The notes beneath the pieces are model-generated. The model was not told the origin of the DNA. It made no database searches and saw only the letters and a list, made by a program, of their open reading frames with translations. A program made the translations under genes and the position numbers. A stretch of DNA of 64,000 bases from Octopus vulgaris. Its lineage: Eukaryota. Positions 1-13,937 of this stretch are shown here, piece by piece; position 1 is the stretch's first letter, and every line of letters starts with the position of its first letter. Where the stretch lies: NCBI GenBank assembly GCA_951406725.2, contig OX597828.1, positions 13,702,001-13,766,000 of the forward strand. The letters run 5' to 3'.

Positions 1-3000
1 GTGACATCACAACTCATTTCTACAGCTGAGTGAACTGGAGCAACGGGAAATAAAGTGTCTTGCTCAAGAACACAACACGCAGCCTGTTCTGGGATTCGAA
101 CTCATGACTTCAAGATTGTAAGCTTGATGCTCTAACCACTGAGCCATGCACCTTCACTGTCAAATGTAATGCTTATTTAATCATATTGTTTTGAATCAAT
201 CATGCATTATCTCATAACTTTGAGATTTTGACAATGCGATTGTTTGTTTTCAGAGTGACATTGTTGGGTAGGTTTGAGAGGCTGAATCTGGTCAGTTTGA
301 ACATAAAACAGGCAGAATATTTTGTCCAGATATGGTAGATTTCAAAACTAAAGGGTTAAGCACTAGCAATAAGCGGTATATGTTAAGTATAAATTCCCAA
401 TTGATTTTGAGGAGGTTTTTGGAAGAGTGTGTGTTGGAACATTCATGCATTTCTCACTAGTATTAAAAGACAAAGTGGAACCGCTGTTTTCAGGAACTAA
501 ACTGATGTCATTGACATGGTTTCACCAGGACCTTAACTACCTGAGATTCAGTGATCATCACTCTGACTAATATGTCATCAACCAATGAAGGAGGTGCCCG
601 ACATAACAGGAGAACTCAAGTCAATGAACAAGCCTATACATGGTTTCTCAAAATGCTAGAAATACCAACCAGATCTCTATCAAAATCAATCCCTACCATC
701 TTAAAGAAAGAACAGCATCATCACCATTATTATCATTTAATGTCCTGGTATGGTTTGGATGGTTTGATAGGAGTTGGCCGGCCAAAGAGCCTAAACTCCA
801 TTTGTCTGTTTTGGCTTGGTTTCTATGGTTGGATGTCCTTCCTAATGCCAACGACTTTACAGAGTGTACTGGGTGCTTTCAACGTGATACTGGCATCAGT
901 ACTTTTACATGGCAATTGCATGAGTGCTTTTATGTGTCACCAGCATCTACAAGCCTGTAAGACTAGAATCTCTCAGCTGAGAGAGGGACATAGAGGACAT
1001 GCCTGTATGTATGAAAGGCCAAAACCTTAAGACTCATAAGGATGGAAATTAACCTGGTTTCCATGGTGAATAAGCAACTGAGATTATAATACTTCTCTCT
1101 CCTGAATGGAATGCAGGCCTGTTGCAAGGTTAACTTCCCAGTTATTGTTGGATCTTATTTACAGCTGAGTGAACTGGAGTAACATAAAATAAGGAGCTTT
1201 ACCCAAGAACACAACACACTGCCCAGTCCAGGAATTGAAATCCCGATTTTTATAATTGAAGGTCATACTCCTAACCACTAGGCCACATGTGTGTGAATTT
1301 AGCCTTGATTTGACATCATGGTTGTAAATGAGCAACACTGTCATACAAGCAAGGTTGTTCATTTCCAGTCTTCCTTCAAAAAATATGCCTGGCCATGAGA
1401 AAATATCACCCTGCTTAGAAACAGGTGAGGGTTAGCATCAGGAAGAGCATCCACCCCATCAACAAATTTCATCTGGCTCATGTAAGCATAGAAAAGTAGA
1501 TATTAAATGATGATGATGATGATGATGATTACATATTTGTGTTCTTGTGCCAATGTTAGAAACCAGTATTTTTTGGTGATGGCAGTAAGTGTACCATTTC
1601 AAATTGTAAGATAAGTACCCTGTGATGAAGTACACTTCAGGATAGTCAATCATTCGTGGATGTTGAAAGATTAAAATCATTTGAGGTTCTGCAGCCTAAT
1701 TAATTAATTACATCATATGAAAATTTAGTGCTATTTATTTTTGTCTTATCATTCTCACTTTAGTTATCAATGTGAGAACATTCAAACAATGAACCTTATG
1801 TTGTGACAACTTAGTTTATCTCAAACGAGGGACATGTCATCATGTTATCATTGTTTAGTCCCAGCTCAATCTTGATTGTCCAGACATGAACAAAAGCATC
1901 CCAGCCATGACCATTCCATCATATTAGGGAATATCTAGACAACATAGTTAAGGTGTGTGGTCAAATAGTTAGATGCTCAACCCACAATCATAAAAAATGA
2001 ACAACATTGTTTGTATTCATTTACAACCACAATATCAAGGATACACACACACATACACAAGGTTGCTGTAGAGTGGGCTGAACACTGAAATAATTTAAAA
2101 TGTATTCACACCGTCCTCTTTAGTTTATCTTTTATTGTTTCTTTTGCACTTGTTTCAGTCATTAGATTGTGGCCATGCTGGAGCACCACCTTGGAGGATT
2201 TTTAGTCCAATGAATTGACCCCAGTATCTATTTTATCGGTCTCTTTTGCTGAATTTCTAAGTTACAGGGATGTAAAAACACACCAACACCAGTTGTCAAG
2301 CAGTGGTAGGAACAAACAGACACAACAACGCATGCACAGACACATAACAAGCTTCTTTCAGTTTCCACCTACCAAATACACTCACAAGACTTTGGTCAGC
2401 CCACTTTCTCAAGGTGCCACAGAGTGGCATTGAACCTGGAACCACATGGTTGAGAAGCAAGCTTCTTACTACACAGCCATGCCTGCACCAGTGCATGGAA
2501 TATTATTATATACACTTGCTGTTATTTGGTTTGCTGCTGCTCTTATCTGGTGTGTGTATTTCTTTTATTGCTTGTTGTTCCTCCAACACTAGCAATGTAA
2601 TCTAGTTTTAGCTGAAACTGAATGCAAGGACAGTCAGTTGAAATAACAGACATCAAATTAATAATGTTCTCGACTCTCTTTTGTAGCCAACATACATAAC
2701 GTACATGCAACTGAGAAGACTGACTTTACATTGAGGCCACACAAGACTTCCACAGCACAGTCTACCATGTTTGTTGAGAGGAAAGAGATAAAGAGCAAGC
2801 GAAAAAGAAAATGTATGGATTACTGTTCTCATAGAATTAATAATAATAATAATCCTTTCTACTAAAGGCACAAGGCCTGAAATTTGGTGGGAGGGGAACA
2901 GGCGATTACAGTGTCCCAGTGTTTCACTGGTACTTAATTAATCGACCCCGAAAGGATGAAAGGCAAAGTTGACCTTGGCAGAATTTGAACTCAGAACATA

Positions 3001-6000
3001 GCAACAAATGAAATACTGCTAAGCATTTTGCCCAGCGTGCTAATGATGATATGAATATTCAATTTTTGGCACAAGTCCAGCAGTTTCCATCTACCAAATC
3101 CACTTACAAAGCTTTGGTCGGCTCGAGGCTATAGTAGAAGACACTTGCCCAAGGTGCCCCGCAGTGGGACTGAATACAGAACCATGTGGTTGGTAAGCAA
3201 GCTACTTACCACACAGCCACTCCTAATTTTCTAATACCAGATTCTATCTTGTTGTATGCCACCTTGATTAAATGTTTTCTGCTGTAGCATAAAATCACTC
3301 CAAAGCTTGAGGGTGAAACTGGGTAAGCAGATATTGTATGGAGACCCGTAAAATGGACTGTACCATTATTTAAAGGGCCAGCTTTGTCACACATTGTATC
3401 ATGCTAATTCTGTCTTAGCTACTGCCTTAACAATGCATGTGTCCTTGGAATAATCAGTCACTTGTTAAGCTGAAGAGGTCAGTTGATCAAACTACTGGAA
3501 TGAGCATTGTTGAATCTGACAGATGATCCATTTACTATGACTAACGAGGAATGGAATATAGGTTATTGCTTGTCTCTCGCTGAACACCAAACCACAGCAA
3601 AAAAAAAAAAAGAAGGATGTTTTACTACATAGCTTAAGAAATCCTACAAAATCCAGCAGAAATTATTGTTTGACTGTAAACAGGATTACCTTCCCTCAAA
3701 CATAGTACACATATAGTAATTAAAAAATAAACAGAAAAGAGACAAATACACAGAAATAATTGCCGCAGTAATTACCTCATTATACCTCAAATATTCTTCT
3801 GAGACTCATGCTATCAATCATAAATGCAGATAAACAGGAAATACTGAGCTGTGACTAAGTCCACCTTGACCAATTCTACTCTGGTCACTACCAAAATTTG
3901 CTGGTGTGATTGTATGACAAGAAGTTTGCTTTCCAGTCACAAGGTTTTCGGTTCAGTTCCACTGTGAGACATCTTGGGTAAGTGTCCACTATAGCCCTGG
4001 ACTGACCAAAGCTTTGCAAGTGGATTTGGTAAATATAAACTGAAAGAAGTCCATCACATATACATACATACATACATACATACACACACATACATATACA
4101 CGTGTGTGTATATGTGTTACTATTTTCTGGCCCTGCACTTCATGTAATAGTTGCACACAGTGTTATCATCACGTGAGCAGTAAACTTTATTTCCAATTGT
4201 CTGTGAAAATATGTCTGGCTGTGGAGAAATATTACCTTACTGGGAAATAGGTGAGGGTTGGTGACAAGAAGGGCATCCAGGAGTAGAAAACCTGCCTCAA
4301 CAAATTCCGTTCGACCCACATGAGCATGGAAAAGTGACTGGTAGAATAATGATGATGATAATAGAAATAAGTAAGATGCAATGAATAGAGCACTGGATCT
4401 GTGGGTTACATTAAGTCTATGACTTTCTATGTGCTACAGGTGTACTCAGTCAGAGCTAACCTGAGGGGAAGGGTGCAATACAGTAAAGGGAACTTCTACA
4501 CAGTCTCTAAGCTTGCTAAAAAGATCAGTAAAATATCTTCAAAATGCCACCTTATTGTCTTAAAGGAGCAAAGACACCCTGGACAATGTAGTTCTAAATA
4601 AATAGAAGATGGAATACTTTACATGCTGGTTATCTGTGAATCTTGTTGCCCTTCATTCTGATAGGGGTCAACTCATTAAAGGGTTTCTTGATTTATAGTG
4701 GTTTTGTTGTTTCATATGGTGTGATTGTCCTTCATTGGGATTCTAATTAAAGACCCCCACCACCATTGGTCATAAATGACCATGGGATTGCACCTAGAAA
4801 GTTACTCTCCCTCGTACAAGTCCAGGCAAGATTGTTTATGGAAGACCAGCAGTTGCCCATGCATACCAGCGTCCCCTCTCCACACCACCGATGTTATCCA
4901 AGGGAAAGGTAAAGACTGGTACAACGTGGCACCAGTGACATCGCAACTCATTTTTTACAGCTGAGTAAACGGAACAACGTAAAATAAAGTGTCTTGCTCA
5001 AGAGCACAACAAACACCCTGGTCCAGGAATTGAACTGACTACCTCATGATTGTGAGCCCTATGCTCTAACCACTGAGCCATGTGCCTTCACATTTTAATT
5101 AATGCTAGGGTAATACTTATATAAGGATTTCTAGTTTAGGGAGGTTTTAATAAATATATAAACATATGGGACAGTAATGGGTAGAATGCCTTCGGTCATA
5201 TGCCAGCTTGTTCAGGGTTTACTTGAGGACTTAACAACAATAACAGGAATAATCTACATGCCGAATCAATCTGACAACTATGAGAATATGAAACAAAACT
5301 ATTTTAAAACACAGGTGTTAAGTAATGTTGTCTTCATTGATTTTCATTGATTTTGACACATGAACGTCTTTCGTTAGACAAGATTGTAATAACAGAGTAC
5401 CAAACAGGGGAAATTTGAACTTGAATTAAATACAAAAAGAAAAATTACAAAAACAAAACAAAAAATAAATGCAGTAACTCATTTAGTCCAATAAGTAAAA
5501 TGGCAGAATAGGTAATATGCTGGACCATCTACTCATTGGTTGGGAGTTCAAATCCATTTTTGACAGCAAATTTGAAGAATTGTTAATGCATTGGGTAGAA
5601 TACCTTGAGGTGTTTTTTTTTTATGGCTTTGGTATTTTTTATGACTTTCTGCACTGATTTCAAATCCTGCGGAAGTCAACTTTGTCTTTCACACTTTTGG
5701 GTTTGATAAAGAAAATAATAATTCAGTATCAGGGTTAATTCTTTCTTTTTAATTTCTCTCTCTCTCTCTTTCTCTCTCAAGCTTTTCCCTGTAACTCAAA
5801 AGTCCAGCTTTGTCCCTGTCATATAGTCTTAATCAAATTCAGTCTCAGAATTGTGTTAAGAGTATGCATGACTGTGGAATACACAGCAGCTTGCGTGTTA
5901 ATTCCACAAATAAGAATTGTTGCTTGAACAACTGTATGCTTATCTCTGACATTGAAAAACGTGTATTCTTTTATATTATTTCACTTGCTTCAATTACTAG

Positions 6001-6829
6001 ACTGTGGTCATGCTGGAGCACTACCTTGGAGGGTTTAGTTGAACAAATTGACCCCAGTTCTTATTTTTTATTCTATCAACCTTCTTTACTGAAATGCTTA
6101 ATTACAAAAGCACAAACAAACCAACACCAGTTGACAAGCTGTGTGGGGACAAACACAAACTCATGTACACACACACACACACACACAATGGGCTTCTGCA
6201 CAGTTTTTGCCCATCAAATTCAGTCACAAGGCTTTGGTCAGCCTGGTGCTGTAATAGGAGACATTTAACCCAAGGTGCCATGCAGTGGGACTGAACCCAA
6301 AGCACCATGGTTGCAAAGTGAACTACTAACCACACAGACCATGGCTGTGCATATGTATGTATTAAAAGAAAATGTTTTTTAGAAAAATATTTTTGATGCA
6401 ACACTTTAATATATTCTGTAGCTCTTCATTTTACTGTCTCCATTCTCTAAATATTTTTGTTGCTTACAGCTTTCCTATTAAATTCTTTGAAAGCATTCAA
6501 TTCTCTTTCAGTAAATATTTTAAAAAAAAGGATGTTTCATTGTCACCAACAATCTTACCAACAACCACCTGATCCTTCATTTTCCTCCACACCATGTATT
6601 TAATTGTTTTCAGTATTCTTGCTATCATCTACCATATCAATTCAACTGACATATGTCTTGCTATAAATTTCAGAATCATACAATGCCCACACATCATCAT
6701 CACTCCAAGGTTTCCATTATTTTCATTACCATTCTTGCATCTAAAATAATAAGAGCACTGTTTTTCACCAATGTAACAATCACTACTTTTATCAGGTTCC
6801 ACTGTTATACTATTTGGTGTGAATTTTCT

Positions 6830-7066
6830 TGCCTAGGAGCTCACCATAGATCGGTTCTTAGTCCCCTCTTGTTTATCACAGTCCTGCAGGCCATAACAGA
6901 AGAATTTAAGACTAGTTCCCCTTGGAAACTCCTCTATGCACAGCCACATGGTTCTGGGTTCAGTACCACTGCATGGCACCTTGGGCAAGTGTCTTCTACT
7001 ATAGCCTCGGTTTGACCAAAGCCTTGTGAGTGAATTTGGTAAACGGAAACTGAAAGAAGCTCATCG

Positions 7067-7103
<37 letters not shown>

Positions 7104-7815
7104 ATATGCTTGTCCTCCCAGCATCGCTTGACAACCGATGCTGATGTATTTACGTCCCTGTAACTTAGTGGTTTGGCAAAAGAGACTTACAAAGAATAAG
7201 ACCTGGGGTCAATTTGCTCAACTAAAGGCGGTGCTCCAGCATGGCTGCAGTCAAATGACTGAAAGAAGTAAACGAGTATGCCAATGACCTTGTTCTTGTA
7301 GCTGAATCTCTACAAGAATTGGAGAAAAAATTTCAGGAGTGGCAGTAAAGGCTTGAGTCAAATGGCCTATGTGTTAATTTAGCAAAGACCAAAATACTAG
7401 TAAGCAGGAAAGCAGACAAATTATCAAACCCTTCAGGGAAAGGGTCCTGCTCAACATGTAGAAAAGGTGTAGGCAGAAATTCCAGACAATGTATACAGTG
7501 CAAACAATCGATACATAAGAGATGCAGTCAAATCACAAGAAGGTTAATAGAGAAAGCAGTCTTTGTGTGTGGCAGATGGGCAGGTACAATAAACACTAAG
7601 AATGTACAGGAAATAGGCTTCCTCAAATGTTTAGAGTGATTCTTAGAGGAAGTAGAAAGTTTCCATTACCCAGATGACCAAATTAGTAGTGGAGGTGGTT
7701 GAACTGGTTGCACAAATTCAGAAAGCTATATACTTTGTTGGTAAACCCCACCTCCCCTTTTGAGTGAAAGAAAGATTGTATGATGCCTGTGTATGGACTG
7801 CAATGCTACATGGCA
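6830..7815 (+). mobile_element. Degraded RTE-type LINE reverse-transcriptase fragment interrupted by a SINE (~6940-7275)
   Basis: GAHHRSVLSPLLFITVLQAITEEFKTSSPWKLLYA, resuming after the SINE as YA-NDLVLVAES (YADD motif); stops and frameshifts. Confidence 0.8.
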
Positions 7816-8770
7816 GTGGAAACTGAAAGAAGCCCATCGTATATATGTATATATATATATATATATATATTTTCATTTAGAGATAGTAGGCCCCTTCATC
7901 CCACCATATAAAAGAAATTTAATTTAAATGCTTACTCATTGAGAATAATTTGAACCCCTGTTATGCCGGAATTTTTATTCCCTAACAAATAGAATTAAAT
8001 ATATATATATGTATGTATGTGTGTGTGTATATGTTTGTGTGTCTGTGTTTTCCCTCCAACATCGCTTAACAACTGATGCTGGTGTGTTTTCGTCCCTGTA
8101 ACTTAGCGGTTCGGCAAAAAAAGGCTGATAGAATAAGTACTAGGCTTACAAAGAATAAGTCCTGGGGTCGATTTACTCGACTAAAGGCAGTGCTCCAGAA
8201 TGGCCACTGTCAAATGACTGAAACAAGTAAAAGAGTAAAGAATATAACACTTCATTTCACATTGTTTCAGTTTACTCAGCTGGCAAAAATGAGTAATCCT
8301 GCGATGGACCGATGTCCTGTCCAGGTGGGGAATTTCTACGCCATGGAAAGTGGCCCTTATGGGTCAGCATGACTCAAAAAGTTAACCTTTATCTTTACCA
8401 CCAAGTAGAAATAAAGGAGCTGAAAGGAAACACGGGTGTCAAATCTGCTATCGATGTTTTATAAAGGCTGGACCTGAGTAGCAAGATCGACCAAATTGCA
8501 AAAACATTGAAGCTTCTGACATCTATAATGGGAACAAAATGTGATGATAAAGATAAGATTAGGTAAAGTGCGCAAAACAGCAACATATTAACAATCTGGA
8601 CATGGCTTTTTCATTGATTTGATGATGTTTAATATGGAACAGCATCTGAGTGTACAGATCAATCATAAAAGTAGACATAATGTGCTAATAAATATGCTGG
8701 TCACCCAAGCAAAAGTTACATATACACACATAAATATACATGTATCTATATCTACCTATATGTGTGTATG

Positions 8771-8818
<48 letters not shown>

Positions 8819-8873
8819 TTTATATACACTTATACACAAACATTTATACACATAAATATATACATACATTTAC

Positions 8874-8910
<37 letters not shown>

Positions 8911-8967
8911 TATATACACTTAAACACAAACATTTATACACATAAATATATACATACATTTACATAT

Positions 8968-9272
8968 CGTGTGATCATGGGACCGACCAGACCATCAGAT
9001 GTTGTTACACATCGCTGGTCACAATGCGTTCGCATTGTTTTAGCCTTCGAATGACGCCACCCCGCTGGCTAAGCGAGCAGGCCAACAGAAGAAAGAGTGG
9101 GAGAAAGAGTGGTGAAAGAGTACAGCAGGGATCACCACCCCCTGCTGGAGCCTCGTGGAGCTTTTAGGTGTTTTCGCTCAATAAACACTCACAACGCCCG
9201 GTCTGGGAATCGAAACCGCGATTCTGCGACCGCAAGTCTGCTGCCCCAACCACTAGGCCATTGCGCCTCCAC
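8968..9272 (-). mobile_element. Young tRNA-derived SINE with 12-bp TSD
   Basis: Head GGAGGCGCAATGGCCTAGTGG (A box) and GGTTTCGATTCC (B box). TSD acatttacatat at 8956-8967 and 9273-9284. Related copy at ~52680-52945 (+). Confidence 0.85.
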
Positions 9273-9280
9273 ACATTTAC

Positions 9281-9313
<33 letters not shown>

Positions 9314-9945
9314 TATACACAAACATTTATACACATAAATATATACATACATTTACATATATATATATATAGATAGATAGATACACACATAACATATATA
9401 TACATAATGGGTGTTTATAAGCATGCATATATATATATATATATATATGGATATTCATATGCATATACATACATACATACATACATACATAGACAGATAC
9501 ATAGATACCTACATACATATGTATATATGGATATATATATATAGGCATATATGTTTGTGTGGTAAGGAGTTTGCTTCCCAACCACATGGTTCTGGGTTTT
9601 TCTTGCTGTGTGTAAATAATTTGGGTAAATAAATTCTGTTATATATATATGTGTGTGTGTGTGTGAGTGTGTGAGCACACTTGTGTGTTTGTTTGTATTA
9701 ATACCTCCATGCCTTAACATCAAGTGGTAATTGTAAATGAGCTGCCATCATCTTTCATTTCCAATCTTCTGAGAAGAATGCCTGGTCATGAGAAAATATT
9801 ACTCTGATTGGAATTGAGTGAGGGTTGGTGACAGGAAGAACATCCATCCATAGAAGAATCTGCCTAAATAAATTCCATCTGACCCATGTTGAAAGTGATA
9901 CATATGCTTATCACATATAAAGACACACACATACACACACACACA

Positions 9946-9998
<53 letters not shown>

Positions 9999-11034
9999 TA
10001 TATATAAATAAACATACTTATCCATATATAGATGATTGACATATAAACATCAACAAATGTATCCTATCCATAGTAATTAAGAGTGTAATTACTAGCAAGT
10101 TGTTAAATTCTTATATTACAATGCAGTCAATCCTGGTGGAACAAACTTGCATGTATATATAGCATACAGCACATAATGAGAGAGAGAGAGAGAGAGAGAG
10201 CAATATATATATATATATACACATAAATATGAGAGCAAGACTCACCACTAAGAATATATATATATATATATATACATATATGAGAGACAGTTGTGTTGGT
10301 ATGGTTATGTAATGCGTATGAATGTGGACAGCTGTGAAGGAAACTGTAGAAGAGGGAGACCCAGGAAGACATGGTATGAGGTGGTGAAGCATGATCTTTA
10401 AACGTTGGACTTCACAGAGGAAATGACTAATGACCAAGACATTTGGAAATATGCTATACTTGAGAAGACTCGTCAGGCCAAGTGAAATAATAGTCATGGC
10501 AGATACTGGTGTCACACAACTGGCACCTGTGCCACTGGCATGTAAAAGGACCCATTTCACTCTCAGAGTGGTTGGCATTAGGAAGGGCATCCAGCTGTAG
10601 AAACCATGCCAAATCAGACTGGAGTTTGGTGCATCCAACCCATGCTAGCATGGACAATAGACATTAAATGATGATGATATGTCAGGTACATATGTACATA
10701 CATCACAGATATGTTCGTTTATAAGGATAAATATCTAGTGGAGAGCAATATCAGATGAGTAGAAAGCTGCCCTTATCTTAGGTACCTTCCTTCTAGGTTT
10801 TGAGAGACATGAAGTGTTCAGGATTGCAAGATACTGTGTGAGATAACTGAGATAGATATTATAGGTGGGAAGTGTATTTGGAACAATGATGGCATACTGA
10901 CCATTGATATGGAAGACAAGAAGATGGTGCAGGAGAACTATTATGAGAGGCTGCTCTACTGTGGAGAATGCACGGGGTAAAGAGAGGTTATCTCATGCTT
11001 ATCCTACAGAGGGACCAGCAAGTTGACAGCAAAA

Positions 11035-11398
11035 TCTCTATATATATAAACGGCAAAATGTCTGTGTGCGTGTCCTTTACACAAATCCACAATTTTTCAG
11101 TTAGAGGGCTCGCACATTCTATGGTCATTCAAAACCATCCAAGGGTGGTCGTGCACATTTTTACATTTCCCCAGTCACCCTGCAAAGCCATTAAAAAATC
11201 AATAGAAGTGACTTTTTTGTGAATTTTCTATCCAAAACCCAATCAAAATGCCCGAAACTTGATACGCCAATTGAATGCCAGCTAGCTGTGTGTGATTAGT
11301 CAGAGATTTGGACAGTACTCGTGTGTATGTGCGCATGCACGCAGCTGTATATGCATGCACTAGCACTATGACTCGGTGTTGCCGGGTCATAGTGCTAG
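11035..11398 (+). mobile_element. Non-autonomous Helitron, family A
   Basis: A|TC 5' end, subterminal hairpin tgactcgg/ccgggtca, CTAG|T 3' end, no TSD; second copy at 46802-47150. Confidence 0.88.
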
Positions 11399-11472
11399 TA
11401 GTAGATAAAGCAATCAATGAATTTAGAGATGGAAAGCTGAAGGTCTAACTGGATAGTTGCAGAAATACTTAA

Positions 11473-11906
11473 CCCTTTAGCATTTAATCCGGCCGTATCT
11501 GGCCTAAATATTCTAGTCGCTAAATATCAGTTGCCATGATAGATCGTTAGCCACTACACACATTTTTTCTCTCCTTGTTTCTTTCCGAGTCCCTTTCTGT
11601 AGAAGAGAGTAGGCTCGAAACATAAAAGACTTTTTCTATTCCTGAGCGTTATACTAACACATCTGTTTGTTTTGTACACCACCCGTCTTCGTCTATTGTT
11701 TTTTTCGTAAATTCTCCCTAAATATTCTACCTGTTTTATGTTCAAACTGGCCAGATCCTGCCTATCACACCTATTCTACAATGTCATTCTGGGAATTTAC
11801 AATTACATCATCAAAATCTCAACACTACAAAATGATAAATGATTAGCTGAAAACAACGAAGGTGAAAAAATATTATATTTGACAAAGTAATGTGAATGCT
11901 AAAGGG
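11473..11906. mobile_element. TTAA-targeting (piggyBac-type) MITE with nested insertion
   Basis: TTAA|CCCTTTAGCATT ... AATGCTAAAGGG|TTAA; nested element at 11516-11716. Confidence 0.85.
11516..11716 (+). mobile_element. Short retroposed element (Penelope-like/retrozyme-like) with 13-bp TSD and hammerhead-like motif
   Basis: TSD cctaaatattcta at 11503-11515 and 11717-11729; homologous to 39688-39886 (-) and partly to 17415-17482. Confidence 0.7.
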
Positions 11907-11929
11907 TTAAAATGTAGGACACATGATTA

Positions 11930-12758
11930 CTGTTGGCAGAGTTAACCAAGTCACAAAGGAAGGTGTCACTCCTAATGTCTGGCAAATCAGTATCGTCGTA
12001 AATTGCTACAAAGGTAAAGGAGATGTTTTAGAAAGAGGAAATTATATAGGAAACATAGAGTAATCAAATTGCTCTATGGAGATCATAGTGCGAATTATAG
12101 CACAATTGATCTGTGACAGAGTAGCACTAGATGAGATTCGGTTTGGCTTTGTTCCCAGAAGAAGTACCACAGATGCAATTTTCCTACTGAAGCAAACACA
12201 GGGGAAATACTTGGCTGAGGGTAAACTACTATTCTTGGCTTTTGTTATCTTGGAGAAGACATTTAATAGGATGTCATATTCAATAACTTGGTAGTCACTA
12301 AGGAAATTAGGTATAGATGAATGGCTTGTTAGGGCTGTACAAACTTATGTACAAATATATAGAAAGTAAAGTGAGAATCAACAATGATTTCGATGAGGAA
12401 TTTAGCATGAGGGTAGGAGTCCATCAAGGATCAGTACTCAATTCTCTCCTATCCATCATAGTCCTTACCACAGATTTTAAGACTGGTTGTCCATGGGATC
12501 TCCTATCTATTGATGATCTAGTTCTCATAGCTAAATACTCTTTTAATCTTTGCTACTCTTTTACTTGTTTCAGTCATTTGACTATGGCCATGCTGGAGCA
12601 CGTGCTTTTAGTTGAGCAAATCAATCCCAGGACTTATTCTTTGTAAGCCTAGTACTTATTCTATCGGTCTCTTTTGCCTGAACCGCTAAGTTACGGGGAT
12701 GTAAACATACCAGCATTCGGTGTGCAATGGGGGGGGACAAACACAGACACACAAACAT

Positions 12759-12815
<57 letters not shown>

Positions 12816-13290
12816 GACATATATATGACGAGCTTCTTTCAGTTTCCGACTACCAAATCCACTCACAAGGCTTTGGTCGGCCCGAGGCTATAGTAGAAGA
12901 CACTTGCCCAAGTTGCCCACAGTAGGACTGAACCCCAGATCCATGTGGTTGGTAAGCAAGCTACTTACCACACAGCCACTCCTGTGCCTATATAGAATTA
13001 GATAGGAAAATCTAAGTATGGAAGCTTAACCTAGATTCAAAAAGTCTGTTGGATGTGCAATGTTAGTGTGTGTGTGTGTGCGTGTTTGTGTGATTGAACG
13101 TGAGCTGAGAGAAAACTGTATATTATAAGAATCAGATTAATGTGTGAGAAAGACTGCTGTTATGGAAACATGATGCAGACGACTGGGGATAGGTGTACAA
13201 AAGAGGTGGTGATCACTTAATGTGGATGAAGATGATAGGAAAGGGTGACCCTGAAAAAACATGGGATGAAATGGTGAAGGGTGCTCTCAA
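11930..13290 (+). mobile_element. Degraded RTE-type LINE RT remnant with nested SINE (~12553-12985, minus)
   Basis: FGFVPRRSTTDAIF, FVILEKTFNR, VGVHQGSVLNSLL, DDLVLIA motifs broken by stops and frameshifts. Confidence 0.85.
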
Positions 13291-13899
13291 GAGATGACAA
13301 AGAACTAGGGTGAGTAGCAATGTGCAGTTCTCAAGAACACATGCCCAAATCGGAGGAACTAAGTCATGGAAGTATTGTGCATGTGTGTGTGTGTATATAC
13401 ATATATATGTATGTATATAGGCATGACTGTGTGGTAAGAAGCTTGCTTCCCAACCATGTAGTTCCAGGTTCAGTCCCACTGTGTGGGACCTCGGGCAAGT
13501 GTCTTCTACTCAGGCCAACCAATGCCTTGTGAGTGGATTTGGTAGATGGAAGCTAAAAGAAGCTCATGATAGGAGAGGGTGACCCTGAAAAAACATGGGA
13601 TGAAATGGTGAAGGATGCCCTCAAGAGACGACAAGGAACTAGGGTGAGTAGCAATATGCAGTTCTCAAGAACACATGCCCAAATCGGAGGAACTATGTCA
13701 TGGAAGTATTGTGCATGTGTGTGTGTGTATATACATATATATGTATGTATATAGGCATGGCTGTGTGGTAAGAAGCTTGCTTCCCAACCATGTAGTTCCA
13801 GGTTCAGTCCCACTGTGTGGGACCTCGGGCAAGTGTCTTCTACTCAGGCCAACCAATGCCTTGTGAGTGGATTTGGTAGATGGAAGCTAAAAGAAGCCC
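13232..13899. repeat. Tandem duplication, 2 x 334 bp
   Basis: 13232-13565 and 13566-13899 align without gaps with roughly 9 substitutions. Confidence 0.95.
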
Positions 13900-13937
13900 A
13901 TCGTGTGTGTGTGTGTGTGTACATATATATATATATA

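Noticed and set aside
551-1030. 159-aa ORF
   Set aside because: The second half is the dispersed (GAT)n-tailed retroposon in reverse; no coherent protein
8405-8565. Exon-like plus-strand stretch (EIKELKGNTGVKSAIDVL*RLDLSSKIDQIAK...) ending in AG|GTAAAG
   Set aside because: In-frame TAA, no recognisable homology and no linked exons
9190-9272. tRNA-like sequences (also 57700-57775, 37070-37135)
   Set aside because: They have A/B boxes but no complete cloverleaf or acceptor stem, and continue into SINE bodies
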